A DNA stretch of 64,000 nt from an uncultured Planctomycetota bacterium (GCA_903902515.1 CAIUVD010000276.1:938-64937), one strand, 5' to 3'; positions 9,297-19,240 are shown, counted from the first letter of the stretch. Program-made: numbers and translations. Notes: generated from the sequence alone by a model not told the origin.

Positions 9297-11966
9297 ATGA
9301 CGACCTCCCCAGTGACCCCGCCCGCCATCGAAGAAGACGGCATCGTCCGCCCCCGCGGCAATGCCCCGATTTCCCTGATCCTCGACCGGACCATGCCGGG
9401 GTGCAAGCGCACCCGCACGCTCCGCATCGAGGGTGCGGTCGGCATCAAGCCGGAGGCGCTCCACGAGGTCGAGTCGATCCAGCGGGCCCTGCACCAAATC
9501 CGGGGCAGCCATCCGCCACCGGTCATGACCATCGACGGGCAGACCTTTCCCTGTTTGATCGAAGGCTCGCCCCGTTCGCCCCGTCTGATGATGGAGGATA
9601 AGGGCGAGAAAATGATGATGTACCTGGAGGTCGGCGGGGCCGCCGTCCAGAACGTCTGGTGCATGCCCGGACCCTTCCTGGTTTTCCGGGGTCGCGTCAT
9701 CCCCTTGGAGTGGACCGGCCCGGCCGAGCACCTCGATCCATTGATGCATGGCAAGATCCTGGTCCCCAAGGAGTGGCTGATCCAGGAGCCGTGGCGCAGC
9801 GTGCTGGCCCATGCCGGCCAGGTGCCGCCCCAGGCCGACCGGGCCAAACAGGTCCGTGGCCGGCCCCAGCCAATCCTGGAGATGTTCGAGGTCGATAGCC
9901 GTCTATGTGGTCAGGTCCGCTTCAAGTACCACGACGACCTGCCCGAGATCGACCCCCTGGAACGCATCGGCATGATCGTGGCCGCCGCCAAGGACGGCAC
10001 GATCATCAAGTGCGAGCGGGACCGCGATCTGGAACTCCAGCGCTGCAATGAGTTCATCAAGCGCGGGGCCCTGGTGCAGCGGCGCGGGGCCTTCGGCTTC
10101 GTCGCCGATGGCGATGCCGCCGACCGTTTCCTGGCCCAGGTCATCCCCAACCTGGTCGGTTGGGATATCCGGGGCCGCGAGAAGCTGCACCGGGGGCGCA
10201 AGCCCAACGACATCCAGACCACCGCCAAGGTCACGGCCCACGAAGACTTCATCGAAATTGAGATCGATGCGATGGTCGAAGGTCGGCACGTTCCCATCAA
10301 GGAGCTGCTAAAGAACGCTGCCCGCGGCCAGAATGTGATGGTCTTCAAGGATGGCATGCGGGCCCGGATCAACGACGAGTGGCTCAACCGCTATCGCACC
10401 CTGACCGAGTTCGGAGGTCTCAAGGAGCACAACGGCAAGGTCCGGGTGCCCCGCCATGCCGCCGCCATGGCCGTCAATCTGGCGGAATCTGGCGCCTCCA
10501 TGACCCTTGATGATGTCACCCAGGATCTGGCGACCCTGGCCAAGGGCGGCGCGGAGATTCCCCACGTCGAGCTGCCCAAGGGTCTCAATGCGACTCTGCG
10601 CGAATACCAGCACGCCGGTTTCAACTGGATGGTGTTCCTCTCGAAGCGCGGCCTCGGTGGCGTCCTCGCCGACGACATGGGCCTCGGCAAGACCGTCCAG
10701 AGCTTGACCTTCCTGCTGCACCGGCACCAGGAAGAACCGGGCCTCCACCTCGTCGTTGCCCCGCGTTCGGTGGTCGACAACTGGCTTGATGAAGTGCACA
10801 AGTTCTGCCCAGGGATGCCGGTTCACGTCCATCTCGGCCTCGATCGCATCAAGGAGGAGAAGAAACTGCCCCGCAAGGGCGTGTTCCTGACCTCCTACAA
10901 CATCCTCCAGCGCGACATCAAGTTGCTGGGGGCCATCGAGTACAGCACGGTCCTCCTCGACGAGGCCCACGTCATCCGCAACCCCGAGGCCAAGACCACC
11001 CGCGCGGCCCTCAAAATCGTCGCCAAGCGGCGCATGTGCCTCTCGGGTACTCCGGTGCAGAACTGTGCCGAAGATCTGTGGCCGATCTTCCAGTTCCTCA
11101 TGCCGGGCTTCCTGGGCCGTCGCAAGACCCTCAAGGAAACCCTCCAGGACGACCCCGAGGCCATCGGCCGCCTGCGCGACCGGGTCGCGCCCTTCGTGTT
11201 GCGCCGCATCAAGAAGGAAGTGGCCACGGAATTGCCGCCCAAGACGGAAATCCTGCTCCACGCCGAGATGTCGGAAGCCCAGCGCATCTTCTACAACGAC
11301 TTGCTCGAAAAGGAGCGTGTCGGGGTCATGGACCTGCTTGGCAGTAAGGGTCTCGAACGTTCCCGCGTCTCGATTCTGGCCGCCATCACCCGCCTTCGCC
11401 AGGCGGCCTGCGACCCGGCCCTGGTCGGCGGCGAGAACATCGCCAGCAGCAAGATCGACCTGTTCCTCGACCTGGTGGATGAACTGGTCAGCGAGGGTCA
11501 CCGCGCCCTGGTGTTCAGTTCCTTCACCAAGTTGCTCAACCGCATCGAGGAGAAGCTCCAAGAGCGTCAGTACACCTACCAATACCTCGACGGCCGCACC
11601 CGCGACCGTTCGGCCAAGGTCAAGGCGTTCCAGGGCGGCAACGACCCCTTGTTCCTGATCAGTCTCAAGGCGGGTGGTGTGGGTCTGAACCTGACCGCTG
11701 CCGATTACGTGATCATCCTCGACCCGTGGTGGAACCCCGCCGCCGAGGATCAGGCCGCCGACCGTGCCTACCGCATTGGCCAGGATAAGCCGGTGATGGT
11801 CTACCGCATCGTCACCGTCGACTCGATTGAGGAGCGCGTCCTCCGCCTCCAGGCCGAGAAGCGCCGCTTGGTCGGCGACCTCGCCCTGGAAGGCCTGGCC
11901 CGGGCCCTCGAAGCGGGCGATGTTGAGAAATTGTTCCAGGCTGCCGTCGCCGTCGGGGCAGATTAA
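9297..11966 (+). CDS. SNF2-family DEAD/H helicase (HepA/RapA-like) with a bacterial SNF2-associated N-terminal region
   Basis: Helicase motifs are present: LADDMGLGKTVQ (motif I), LLDEAHVIRN (DEAH box), LSGTPVQN, and C-terminal LISLKAGGVGLNLTAADYVIILDPWWNPAAEDQAADRAYRIGQ. The track start is GTG 9288 and the first ATG is at 9297. Confidence 0.9.
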   Translation: MTTSPVTPPAIEEDGIVRPRGNAPISLILDRTMPGCKRTRTLRIEGAVGIKPEALHEVESIQRALHQIRGSHPPPVMTIDGQTFPCLIEGSPRSPRLMMEDKGEKMMMYLEVGGAAVQNVWCMPGPFLVFRGRVIPLEWTGPAEHLDPLMHGKILVPKEWLIQEPWRSVLAHAGQVPPQADRAKQVRGRPQPILEMFEVDSRLCGQVRFKYHDDLPEIDPLERIGMIVAAAKDGTIIKCERDRDLELQRCNEFIKRGALVQRRGAFGFVADGDAADRFLAQVIPNLVGWDIRGREKLHRGRKPNDIQTTAKVTAHEDFIEIEIDAMVEGRHVPIKELLKNAARGQNVMVFKDGMRARINDEWLNRYRTLTEFGGLKEHNGKVRVPRHAAAMAVNLAESGASMTLDDVTQDLATLAKGGAEIPHVELPKGLNATLREYQHAGFNWMVFLSKRGLGGVLADDMGLGKTVQSLTFLLHRHQEEPGLHLVVAPRSVVDNWLDEVHKFCPGMPVHVHLGLDRIKEEKKLPRKGVFLTSYNILQRDIKLLGAIEYSTVLLDEAHVIRNPEAKTTRAALKIVAKRRMCLSGTPVQNCAEDLWPIFQFLMPGFLGRRKTLKETLQDDPEAIGRLRDRVAPFVLRRIKKEVATELPPKTEILLHAEMSEAQRIFYNDLLEKERVGVMDLLGSKGLERSRVSILAAITRLRQAACDPALVGGENIASSKIDLFLDLVDELVSEGHRALVFSSFTKLLNRIEEKLQERQYTYQYLDGRTRDRSAKVKAFQGGNDPLFLISLKAGGVGLNLTAADYVIILDPWWNPAAEDQAADRAYRIGQDKPVMVYRIVTVDSIEERVLRLQAEKRRLVGDLALEGLARALEAGDVEKLFQAAVAVGAD

Positions 11967-11973
11967 ACGTACG

Positions 11974-12016
11974 CGCCCCTTTCCGGCAGCAGCCCATTGG
12001 GTGCTGGAAAGGGGCG
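11974..12016 (+). terminator. Stem-loop downstream of the SNF2 helicase gene
   Basis: CGCCCCTTTCC (11974-11984) pairs with GGAAAGGGGCG (12006-12016), an 11-bp perfect stem 8 nt after the stop. It is followed by TGGTT, a weak T-tract. Confidence 0.35.
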
Positions 12017-12110
12017 TGGTTACCTCTACCGGGAGGCGCGTGAGGGATTGAGCCTGTCCCCGTTCGAAATGGGAGCCTTAACCCCCGTGTCGCCGGGCTC
12101 CATGGGGGGT

Positions 12111-12137
12111 CTGGAGGTTGGCGATCCCAACCTCCAG
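12111..12137. terminator. Perfect 11-bp hairpin between convergent genes (possible bidirectional terminator)
   Basis: CTGGAGGTTGG-CGATC-CCAACCTCCAG lies between the helicase stop (11966) and the GH16 stop (12148). Confidence 0.4.
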
Positions 12138-12147
12138 GAATCCCAGA

Positions 12148-13689
12148 TCACGGGGCCTTGGTCACGGTCACATTCTGGAAAATAGCGCGGGACAGACGTT
12201 GGTAGCTGTTCTGATTTCCCCCGACGACCAACCCGGCCTGAACGGTTTCGGGAAGGTCCATGTCCTGGGGTTCACCGATGTTCATCCATGACCGGCCGTC
12301 ATCGGTGGAGTAACTTGCGGTAAAGGTGTTGCCCGACCGCATCAAGCGCATTTTGGCAGGAGCATCGGTGTTCTTGACCCGTGCCAGTTCCACCGCCGGT
12401 CCGTTGCCACGGGATTGCAGCACGATGCTGTGGCTGATTTTGGGGCTGTTGTATTCGACCAGGTAGACCAGCGAGACTTCCTTGCTGGTATTCTTCCAAT
12501 CTTCGCGGAAGGCCACCCCGGCTCGGACATCATTGCCGTTGATGATGGTCGAGGACGTGACCGTGGCGGTGACGACCGCATCACCAGTGGTTGGCTTTCC
12601 CGCGAACTGACCCTGGTTGCCATATCCCGCGCCTTTGAGCATCCACTCTCCGGTTTCCGGATTCCAGGTGGAGCTGCCTTTGAGATCCGGTGTGCCGACG
12701 TCCCCCGCGGCCCAAGATGGGGGAAGAACGGCTTTGGTGGGCCTGTTAACGACCGTAAATCCATTGGGGAGGATCGATGGCGTGTAGCCCTTTTGCGGCG
12801 TCACGCTGGGCAGGGATGGGTCATTGGAATAGACGCGGTAATAATCCAGTTCCAGGGCCGTTGGCCAGGTATTGGTGTCATCAGGATTCCCGGGCCAGAG
12901 GTTGCCGGGATCCTTGCCAACCACGAGATCGATCAGGACGTACATCGGGATGTTGATGCGGTTGATCTGCCGGAGGGTGGGCACCCCATCAACATACCAC
13001 GTGACCCCGGCTTTTTCCCAAAGAAAGCCGTAGGTGTGGAATTGTCCGTCGGTGGGATTGATGCCCTCATAGCCCGCCCCATAGGCAGCATGGGGGCGTT
13101 GAATGTCTCGGAAATGGGTCGTCTGGTGGGTGATCTTGGGATTCTTCCCCAGGACTTCAAAGACATCGTATTCCCCCGGCCACACTCCGTCATCCGTCAG
13201 GAGCCAAAACCGGGACCACAGGCCTTTTCCCGGGGGAAGCTTGGCACGCAGTTCGAAATATCCATAACGCTGGGTGAATTTGTGAGCACTCGTCAGCTGT
13301 CCGGAGACATAGGGCTGACGATCCGGACCGCTGAAAATGTCCTCGGGCGTTGGCTGGGCTACGATCGAGAGGATGCCATTCTTCACCGAGAAAGGATTAA
13401 AAGCTTTCTTTCCGCCGTCCGCAGGGGTGAAGTTGGGATCGCAGAACCACTGGGCCTGGTAGTCACCGGCATTGTTGCGCATGCCCCAGAAATCGGAGGT
13501 CTGCCAGACCGTTGGATCATACTGGTTGAACTCATCGTTAAAGGTGAGGTGGTACTGCGTGCTGCCATTGACTTGATCTGCGGTTTGAGCAATCCCCTCG
13601 GCTGGTACGGCGGCGGCAACCAGGTTGCCCCCGACCAGGAATGCGACGAGAGAACAGGCGAGACGTGGTAACATAGTCGTGGGTTTCAT
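12148..13689 (-). CDS. Glycoside hydrolase family 16 (beta-glucanase/galactanase type) with an extra C-terminal beta-sandwich-like domain
   Basis: GEYDVFEVLG matches the GH16 E-x-D-x-x-E catalytic motif. The N-terminus MKPTTMLPRLACSLVAFLVGGNLVAAAVPA is signal-like. The track ORF starts at TTG 13710 and the first ATG is at 13689. Confidence 0.75.
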   Translation of the reverse strand: MKPTTMLPRLACSLVAFLVGGNLVAAAVPAEGIAQTADQVNGSTQYHLTFNDEFNQYDPTVWQTSDFWGMRNNAGDYQAQWFCDPNFTPADGGKKAFNPFSVKNGILSIVAQPTPEDIFSGPDRQPYVSGQLTSAHKFTQRYGYFELRAKLPPGKGLWSRFWLLTDDGVWPGEYDVFEVLGKNPKITHQTTHFRDIQRPHAAYGAGYEGINPTDGQFHTYGFLWEKAGVTWYVDGVPTLRQINRINIPMYVLIDLVVGKDPGNLWPGNPDDTNTWPTALELDYYRVYSNDPSLPSVTPQKGYTPSILPNGFTVVNRPTKAVLPPSWAAGDVGTPDLKGSSTWNPETGEWMLKGAGYGNQGQFAGKPTTGDAVVTATVTSSTIINGNDVRAGVAFREDWKNTSKEVSLVYLVEYNSPKISHSIVLQSRGNGPAVELARVKNTDAPAKMRLMRSGNTFTASYSTDDGRSWMNIGEPQDMDLPETVQAGLVVGGNQNSYQRLSRAIFQNVTVTKAP

Positions 13690-13732
13690 GGTCGGGGGTG
13701 GTGAGGACAAAGTCGCGAAAAATTGATCTAAC

Positions 13733-14719
13733 TTAGATACGGGTTGGGGCTGCGATACGATCCAACTCCGCCATGATCTCTGGCGTCAGCGCGTCGACAT
13801 CATCGATGGCCTTCATGGTCTCGGTCAGCTGTTCCACCCGGGTAGCGCCCAGGATCACGGTGCTGACCCGCTCATTCCGCAAGCACCACGCCACCGCCAA
13901 GCGGGCCGGAGAGATGCCGATGCGCTGACTCACAGCGACGAACTGTTGAATGACTCCGGGGATCGGACCCGCAGGGTCGAGGTCCTTCTGCAGCCATTCA
14001 TAGCCCTTGAGGTCCAGACGGCTGCCCGAGGGGATGCCATTCATGTATTTCCCCGTGAGCAGGCCCGAGGCGAGGGGTGACCAGGTGGTCGTGCCCATGC
14101 CAAAACAGGCGTAAAGGGGCCGGTATTCTTCCTCAAACCGTTTCCGACACAGAAGATTATACTGAGTTTGCTCCATGGTGGGTGCGACCAGGCCCCACCG
14201 CTCGGCGATCAGGTGGGCTTCGATGATCTTCTCGGCTGGCCATTCGCTGGTCCCCCAATAGAGGATCTTGCCCTGGGCCACCAAATCGCTCATGGCCCGG
14301 ACGGTTTCCAGCACCGGGGTGTCGGGATCGGCCCGGTGGGCGAAATACAGATCCAGATGATCTACCCGCAAACGACGCAGGGCGGTATTGCAGGCCTCCA
14401 TCACATGCTTACGGGAAAGCCCCAGCTGGGTGGGCTTTGGGGCGGCGGCATCATACCCAAAAAACACCTTGGTGGTCAGGACGTAGGAATCCCGGCGCCA
14501 AGCCAGCTTTTGGAGGGCCTCGCCCATGATCTCCTCGGCCCGGCCGGATTCGTAACCCTCGGCATTGTCAAAGAGCGTGATGCCTCCGTCGTAGGCGGTG
14601 GACATGAGCTTTGCGGCGGCATCCACGTCAATTTGACGACCGAAGGTGACCCAGCTCCCAAAGGAAAGGGCGCTCACTTTCAAGCCTGATGAGCCGAGTT
14701 TGCGATACGTCATAGTCAT
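13733..14719 (-). CDS. Aldo/keto reductase (Kv-beta/AKR-type NADPH oxidoreductase)
   Basis: MTYRKLGSSGLKVSALSFGSWVTFG...FDNAEGYESGRAEEIMGEAL is a typical AKR N-terminus. The 328-aa length fits the family. Confidence 0.9.
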   Translation of the reverse strand: MTMTYRKLGSSGLKVSALSFGSWVTFGRQIDVDAAAKLMSTAYDGGITLFDNAEGYESGRAEEIMGEALQKLAWRRDSYVLTTKVFFGYDAAAPKPTQLGLSRKHVMEACNTALRRLRVDHLDLYFAHRADPDTPVLETVRAMSDLVAQGKILYWGTSEWPAEKIIEAHLIAERWGLVAPTMEQTQYNLLCRKRFEEEYRPLYACFGMGTTTWSPLASGLLTGKYMNGIPSGSRLDLKGYEWLQKDLDPAGPIPGVIQQFVAVSQRIGISPARLAVAWCLRNERVSTVILGATRVEQLTETMKAIDDVDALTPEIMAELDRIAAPTRI

Positions 14720-14902
14720 GGTGGAAAAGTTCCTGATGGGGTCACTTTGGGGGTTGAGGAAACGTTTGGCTTATGGTAATCCTTTTAGTGGAGTTGGCCA
14801 TGTTGTTCCTGGTCGCCGGGCTGCCTTTTGTGGAGTTCCTTTGGTCGCCCAGGTGCTTGCGGGGGTTCCCCACCTGGGCCGAGTCGGGTGTGTACCAGGA
14901 AA

Positions 14903-14968
14903 GGCATGGTCTTAACCATCAACGGCATGGTCATCAGCTGGCACATCATGACGATTGACGACCATGCC
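14903..14968. promoter_or_regulatory. Three copies of a 9-mer (GGCATGGTC x2 direct, GACCATGCC inverted) in a divergent intergenic region; candidate operator
   Basis: Copies lie at 14903-14911, 14924-14932 and 14960-14968 (inverted). Copies 2 and 3 extend to CGGCATGGTCATCA / TGACGACCATGCCG. The site lies between the AKR start (14719) and the CBM-like gene start (15036). Confidence 0.3.
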
Positions 14969-15035
14969 GCATACTGCGGCCTCACCTATCCGACTCTGGT
15001 GCTGCTAGGCCCGGATTGTATCCAGGAGATCATCC

Positions 15036-15557
15036 ATGTTATCACGTATCCTCCCTGCGACGGTTATTCTGAGCATGACGCTGACGGTCTCGCTTCTTGG
15101 TGCGGAGGAGACATCCCTGATCTCCGGCGTCTCCGTCTTCAAAGATGAGTGGATTGAAAGCGCGACCAAAAGCATCGTCGATGGCCCGGGGAATGATGCC
15201 AAGGCTCTTCGCATCGAGTTGGCGACAAAGCCCAAGGATGAATGGCAGGCCCAAACCTGGACTCGCGCCTTGGCCGGGGGCGTCGAGACCGGTGATACGG
15301 TGGTCATTACCTTCCAGGCCCGGAGCATCGAGCCCGCCACCGGCCACATAAAGGTCACCCTTGGGTTGGCTGAAGCCCCCTATACCCCGGTGGTCAGTAA
15401 GAAGCTGGTGCTCACCTCCGAATGGCAGACCTACGAGGTGAAGCAGGTGGTTTCCAAGGGGGTGGCCGTCGAATCGATGCGGTTCGGATTCACCTTTGGC
15501 GATCAGGCCCAGACATTTGAAATTGCAGACTTGGCCGTCGTGAATCAGAGCAAGTAA
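15036..15557 (+). CDS. Small secreted beta-sandwich protein, carbohydrate-binding-module-like (tentative)
   Basis: ATG 15036 is preceded by AGGAGA (15024-15029). The N-terminus MLSRILPATVILSMTLTVSLLGA is signal-like. The 173-aa protein shows an alternating beta-strand pattern resembling CBM4/9/22-type modules. I recognised no catalytic motif. Confidence 0.5.
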   Translation: MLSRILPATVILSMTLTVSLLGAEETSLISGVSVFKDEWIESATKSIVDGPGNDAKALRIELATKPKDEWQAQTWTRALAGGVETGDTVVITFQARSIEPATGHIKVTLGLAEAPYTPVVSKKLVLTSEWQTYEVKQVVSKGVAVESMRFGFTFGDQAQTFEIADLAVVNQSK

Positions 15558-15571
15558 ACTCCTCCTGGTCA

Positions 15572-15603
15572 GGAGATCCGGGTCCCTGGTGTCCCGGATC
15601 TCC
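15572..15603 (+). terminator. 11-bp perfect hairpin after the CBM-like gene
   Basis: GGAGATCCGGG-TCCCTGGTGT-CCCGGATCTCC lies 15 nt after the stop and is followed by CTGTTTGC. Confidence 0.4.
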
Positions 15604-15810
15604 CTGTTTGCAGGAACCCTGGTCGCTCGCCGTGGTTTCAACCCACAAACCTCTGTTGTGGTCCATCTCTGGCGTTGCGTAACGCGCGACATGGCGCTGC
15701 CGTGCCGCCGCATTCTTGGGATTGTTATCAGCCCATCGCGTTTCCTGAATCACTGATTTGACCCTGACCAACGTGGGCAAAGAAACGGTTTAAGGTCCCG
15801 CTGCGTTTAC

Positions 15811-15841
15811 GGGAGATCCGGGCCCTAGGCATGGATCTCCC
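15811..15841 (-). terminator. 9-bp hairpin just downstream of the GH43 stop, sharing the GGGAGATCCGGG core with the 15572 hairpin
   Basis: GGGAGATCC-GGGCCCTAGGCAT-GGATCTCCC. There is no U-tract on the minus strand. Confidence 0.3.
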
Positions 15842-15858
15842 CGTCGTTCACCACGGCT

Positions 15859-17124
15859 TCAGCGGCGTGAGAAAAACCGGATCCACCGGAGATCGAAGAG
15901 GGCTTCTCCGGTGCCTCTGAAGACCAGCCAGACGGCGTGAAGTCCGGCGGTCTTGGTCACCTCGGCGCTGTGGGTGGCCCAGTCCCCCGGCCAACGACCC
16001 GCGATGTTCACGATCCCGATCAGGGGGCCATCGACGGCATCCAGGTGGACCTCCACGGTGCCGCCAAAACCTCCCCCAGCCACACAGACCGTGATGTGGT
16101 CGGTCCCGTCGGCAAAATCGAGCCAACGATAGCAGGCGGCGTCACCATCCTGGATTTCGGTGAGGTCGGAATAGCCACCGGGGGTATCACAACTCCGCAC
16201 ATGCCCAGCCAGCATGCACGCCCGGCCGGCATCAAGTCGGGCTGTCACCGGCAGGGGTCCACCGATGCCTGAGCTGGTCATCGGCACCTCAGGAATCAGT
16301 CCCTGGTCATCGAAGGTGATCCGCTCCGCGCAGGTTTTGCGCATACTCCGGCAGCCGTGGCTGGACCGGTGGTAGAACACATACCACTCACCCTGGAATT
16401 CACTGATGCATCCGTGATTGTTCCAGCTTTCGGGATCGCATCCGAAATTATCGACGATGACCCCGCGGTAGGTGAACGGTCCCAATGGCGAGGTGGCCGT
16501 CGCATAGCCGATGCACGACGGACGGTTCCTACGGCCGATGTGGGCATAACTCAGGTAATAGATGCCCTGGCGTTTACGGATGGAGCAGCCTTCGTGGAAG
16601 AAGTGCTCGGCTTCCGTGATGACGCCCTCGACCTGACTGCCTGGAACAATGGCCTGGAGATCCGGGGTCAGACGCGCCGCTTTGGCGCTGAATTGCCCCC
16701 AATAGAGATAGCCCTGCCCATCGTCATCGATGAAGACGGTTGGATCAATCTGCGTTAGTCCTTCGAGGGGACGGGCCTCGCCAAAGGGGCCAAGGGGATG
16801 ATCCGCCGTGGCCACGCCTTCGCTGCTATCGGACAAACAGTAGAAGAGGTAATACCGTCCCCCATGGTGGACGGCGTCTGGAGCGTACAGTCGGTGGGCA
16901 CCGGCCCCGGCGACGCCCTCGGTGGAAAAGGTCGACGATTCGTGGTGCCACTCTGCGCCATCGGCCGACCACAGCATGTCATAGCGCCGGGAACAATACT
17001 GGTGCCGCGTCACGTCGAGGGAGCCATAGACGTACCACGCACCATCCGGCATCTGGTGAGCCTCCGGATCGGCGATGAATACGCCGTGGGGAGCGAGGGG
17101 ATTCGGTACGGAGGGCCGGGTCAC
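15859..17124 (-). CDS. Glycoside hydrolase family 43 with a C-terminal CBM6-like module
   Basis: GH43-type five-bladed propeller sequence is present (FIADPEAHQMPDGAWYVYGS..., YAPDAVHHGGRYYLFY, GCSIRKRQGIYYLSYA). The C-terminus, AACYRWLDFADGTDHITVCVAGGGFGGTVEVHLDAVDGPLIG...WIRF, is CBM6-like. The track start at 17394 overlaps the upstream gene by 270 nt. GTG 17124-17122 overlaps the GH42 stop (GTGA), so it is the preferred start. Confidence 0.75.
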   Translation of the reverse strand: MTRPSVPNPLAPHGVFIADPEAHQMPDGAWYVYGSLDVTRHQYCSRRYDMLWSADGAEWHHESSTFSTEGVAGAGAHRLYAPDAVHHGGRYYLFYCLSDSSEGVATADHPLGPFGEARPLEGLTQIDPTVFIDDDGQGYLYWGQFSAKAARLTPDLQAIVPGSQVEGVITEAEHFFHEGCSIRKRQGIYYLSYAHIGRRNRPSCIGYATATSPLGPFTYRGVIVDNFGCDPESWNNHGCISEFQGEWYVFYHRSSHGCRSMRKTCAERITFDDQGLIPEVPMTSSGIGGPLPVTARLDAGRACMLAGHVRSCDTPGGYSDLTEIQDGDAACYRWLDFADGTDHITVCVAGGGFGGTVEVHLDAVDGPLIGIVNIAGRWPGDWATHSAEVTKTAGLHAVWLVFRGTGEALFDLRWIRFFSRR

Positions 17125-19160
17125 GTTGGCGACTCCTGTTCCAGAATCGTCACCCCGTAGGGGGGCAGGTTCGTGACGCCCGCGTGGACGTGGCCCATGA
17201 CCACCCGACCGGAGATGTTGATGGCCACGGACTGGGCGGTCGAGCTGTGGTTGATCACAAAGGTCCAGCGGCCGCGGTATTGGATCTCCACATTCTCGGG
17301 CAGTCGGGGCCGCCACGTCACCTCGGCCTTGGTCAGGGCGAACTCCATCACCCGTCCGAGGAGGTCCTCGGAGCAGACCCCGACGGCGAACCACAGGTAG
17401 CGCCCACGCCCCAGGCGTTGTTCGGTGAAGGCCGGTTGTCCGGCATAGGCTTCGTCCGTGAAGGTTGCCAGCACCGTGGCCGTCGTCGCCTGCAGGTCAC
17501 CAATCCAGCGCTCGGCCTTGCCCGCGAAGGGGATCCCGTCGAGGGTACCGCTCAGGCCGACAGGGGTGTGCTCCCGAAGCTCAGGAGCGAGACCGGAATT
17601 GGGGCCCGCCCCACCATTGAGGAACATCCCGCCCACACAATCGACCCCCACGCTCTCCCGCAGGAAGCCCGGGCCTGGATCTGCCAGGTAGGTGCCGTTG
17701 GCATCGCGCATCCCCAGCTGACCGATCACCAACACCGTGCCGCCGGAGCGGACGTAGTCATCGAGGAGCCGGGCCTGCCGTTCATCGGCCAGCGGTTGGT
17801 TACGGATGACCAGCAACCGGATCTCCGTGGGAATGGCGATTCCCGGCCGTTGGAAGCGTACTCCAACACCCCGAGACCACAGGGTCCGGTAGGCCGGCAT
17901 GGGATCCGCGTCGATGTCCTGCCCGGTGCGCGAGGCCATGTACAGTCGGTGGCTGTCGAGATCGTGGAAAATGGCTACCGGGGCATCCGGGGCTGGCAGG
18001 GCCTGGAGTTCTGGCATCAGGTGGCGGACCTCCTGGAAGACCGTCTTCACGGTCCGGAAGCGGTGACCCGGGTGGCCACAATGTTCCAGGATCCCCTGGA
18101 GTTCCTGCTCCTGGCCGGACAGGCAGGTGCGCCAGCGGAAGATCATCCACGCGTCGGCGCCATGGGCGATGCCGCTCCACATCCAGGCCCGGAATTGATC
18201 TGCGGTCGGGGGTCGGCCATGGTCGAGGGCGCCAATTCCGGTCTCGGTCAGCCAATGGCCCCGACCGGATTTGTAGCTGCGGAACAGATCATGGGCAGCG
18301 GCCCCGTTGGCCATCGGAGCGATGTCAAAATACGCATCGTTGCAGGACACGTCGAGAGAGTCCTCGAAGAGACTCCATTGATCGATGTCCGGGTACAACG
18401 GCATGCCCATGCTGTTGGTCGTGACCAGCACCTTTGGCTGCCAACGGCGAATTTCATCCCGCTGATGGGTGGCAAAATTCACCCAGGCCTCACTTTGGAA
18501 GCGCAGCATGTCGATGGCCCGGGAAGGGGCCACGCCGCGGCGTTCAATGTGGAAGCGGATTTCAGGCCAGTCGAAGTAGTCCTCGGACCAGAAGCCCGTG
18601 GCCCAGGCCTGATTCACTCCCGCGATGGAAGAATACCGCGTCTTCAGCCAGTCCCGGAAGCCCTGCTGACAAGAATCGCAATAGCAACGTCCTGATTCGG
18701 GCCCCAATTCATTGTCGATCTGCCACCCGAGGATGTTGGGATAGTCCTTGGTTTGTTTTGCCATCTCGGCCGTGATGCGTTCGATATGCCGCCGGTACAC
18801 CAGGGACGTTGGGCAATAATGTCGACGCATACCATGCCGCATGCGGGTCCCATCTTCCCGTTGCAGCAGCATCTCGGGGTGCTTGTGCACCAACCAGGCG
18901 GGTGGCGTGGCGGTCGGGGTACACAGAAGGACCCGGATGCCGTGCCGTTGCATCGCCTGAATCGATTGATGCAGCCAGTCAAAGGTGAACGTCCCTTCCG
19001 CAGGCTCCAAACGCGACCAGGCGAACTCCGCGATACGTACGGTGTCAATACCGACCTCTCGCATGAGTGCTGCATCGGTGTCCAAACGTTCAACACCCCA
19101 GTATTCTGGGTAATAGGCGCAGCCAAGGATGTGCATGGGAGAGTCCTGTATGTGAGACAT
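17121..19160 (-). CDS. Glycoside hydrolase family 42 beta-galactosidase
   Basis: GCAYYPEYWGVERLDTDAALMREVGIDTVRIAEFAWSRLEPAEGTFTFDWL is a typical GH42 N-terminus. The WQIDNELG acid/base region is present and the 679-aa length fits. Confidence 0.85.
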   Translation of the reverse strand: MSHIQDSPMHILGCAYYPEYWGVERLDTDAALMREVGIDTVRIAEFAWSRLEPAEGTFTFDWLHQSIQAMQRHGIRVLLCTPTATPPAWLVHKHPEMLLQREDGTRMRHGMRRHYCPTSLVYRRHIERITAEMAKQTKDYPNILGWQIDNELGPESGRCYCDSCQQGFRDWLKTRYSSIAGVNQAWATGFWSEDYFDWPEIRFHIERRGVAPSRAIDMLRFQSEAWVNFATHQRDEIRRWQPKVLVTTNSMGMPLYPDIDQWSLFEDSLDVSCNDAYFDIAPMANGAAAHDLFRSYKSGRGHWLTETGIGALDHGRPPTADQFRAWMWSGIAHGADAWMIFRWRTCLSGQEQELQGILEHCGHPGHRFRTVKTVFQEVRHLMPELQALPAPDAPVAIFHDLDSHRLYMASRTGQDIDADPMPAYRTLWSRGVGVRFQRPGIAIPTEIRLLVIRNQPLADERQARLLDDYVRSGGTVLVIGQLGMRDANGTYLADPGPGFLRESVGVDCVGGMFLNGGAGPNSGLAPELREHTPVGLSGTLDGIPFAGKAERWIGDLQATTATVLATFTDEAYAGQPAFTEQRLGRGRYLWFAVGVCSEDLLGRVMEFALTKAEVTWRPRLPENVEIQYRGRWTFVINHSSTAQSVAINISGRVVMGHVHAGVTNLPPYGVTILEQESPT

Positions 19161-19240
19161 GTTACCCTATGGACCATCCACCTTCCATGGTGCGGGTGGC
19201 CCATCCCCTATCTTTCCTGGGCGTCCCGCCTTCTGGGGAC

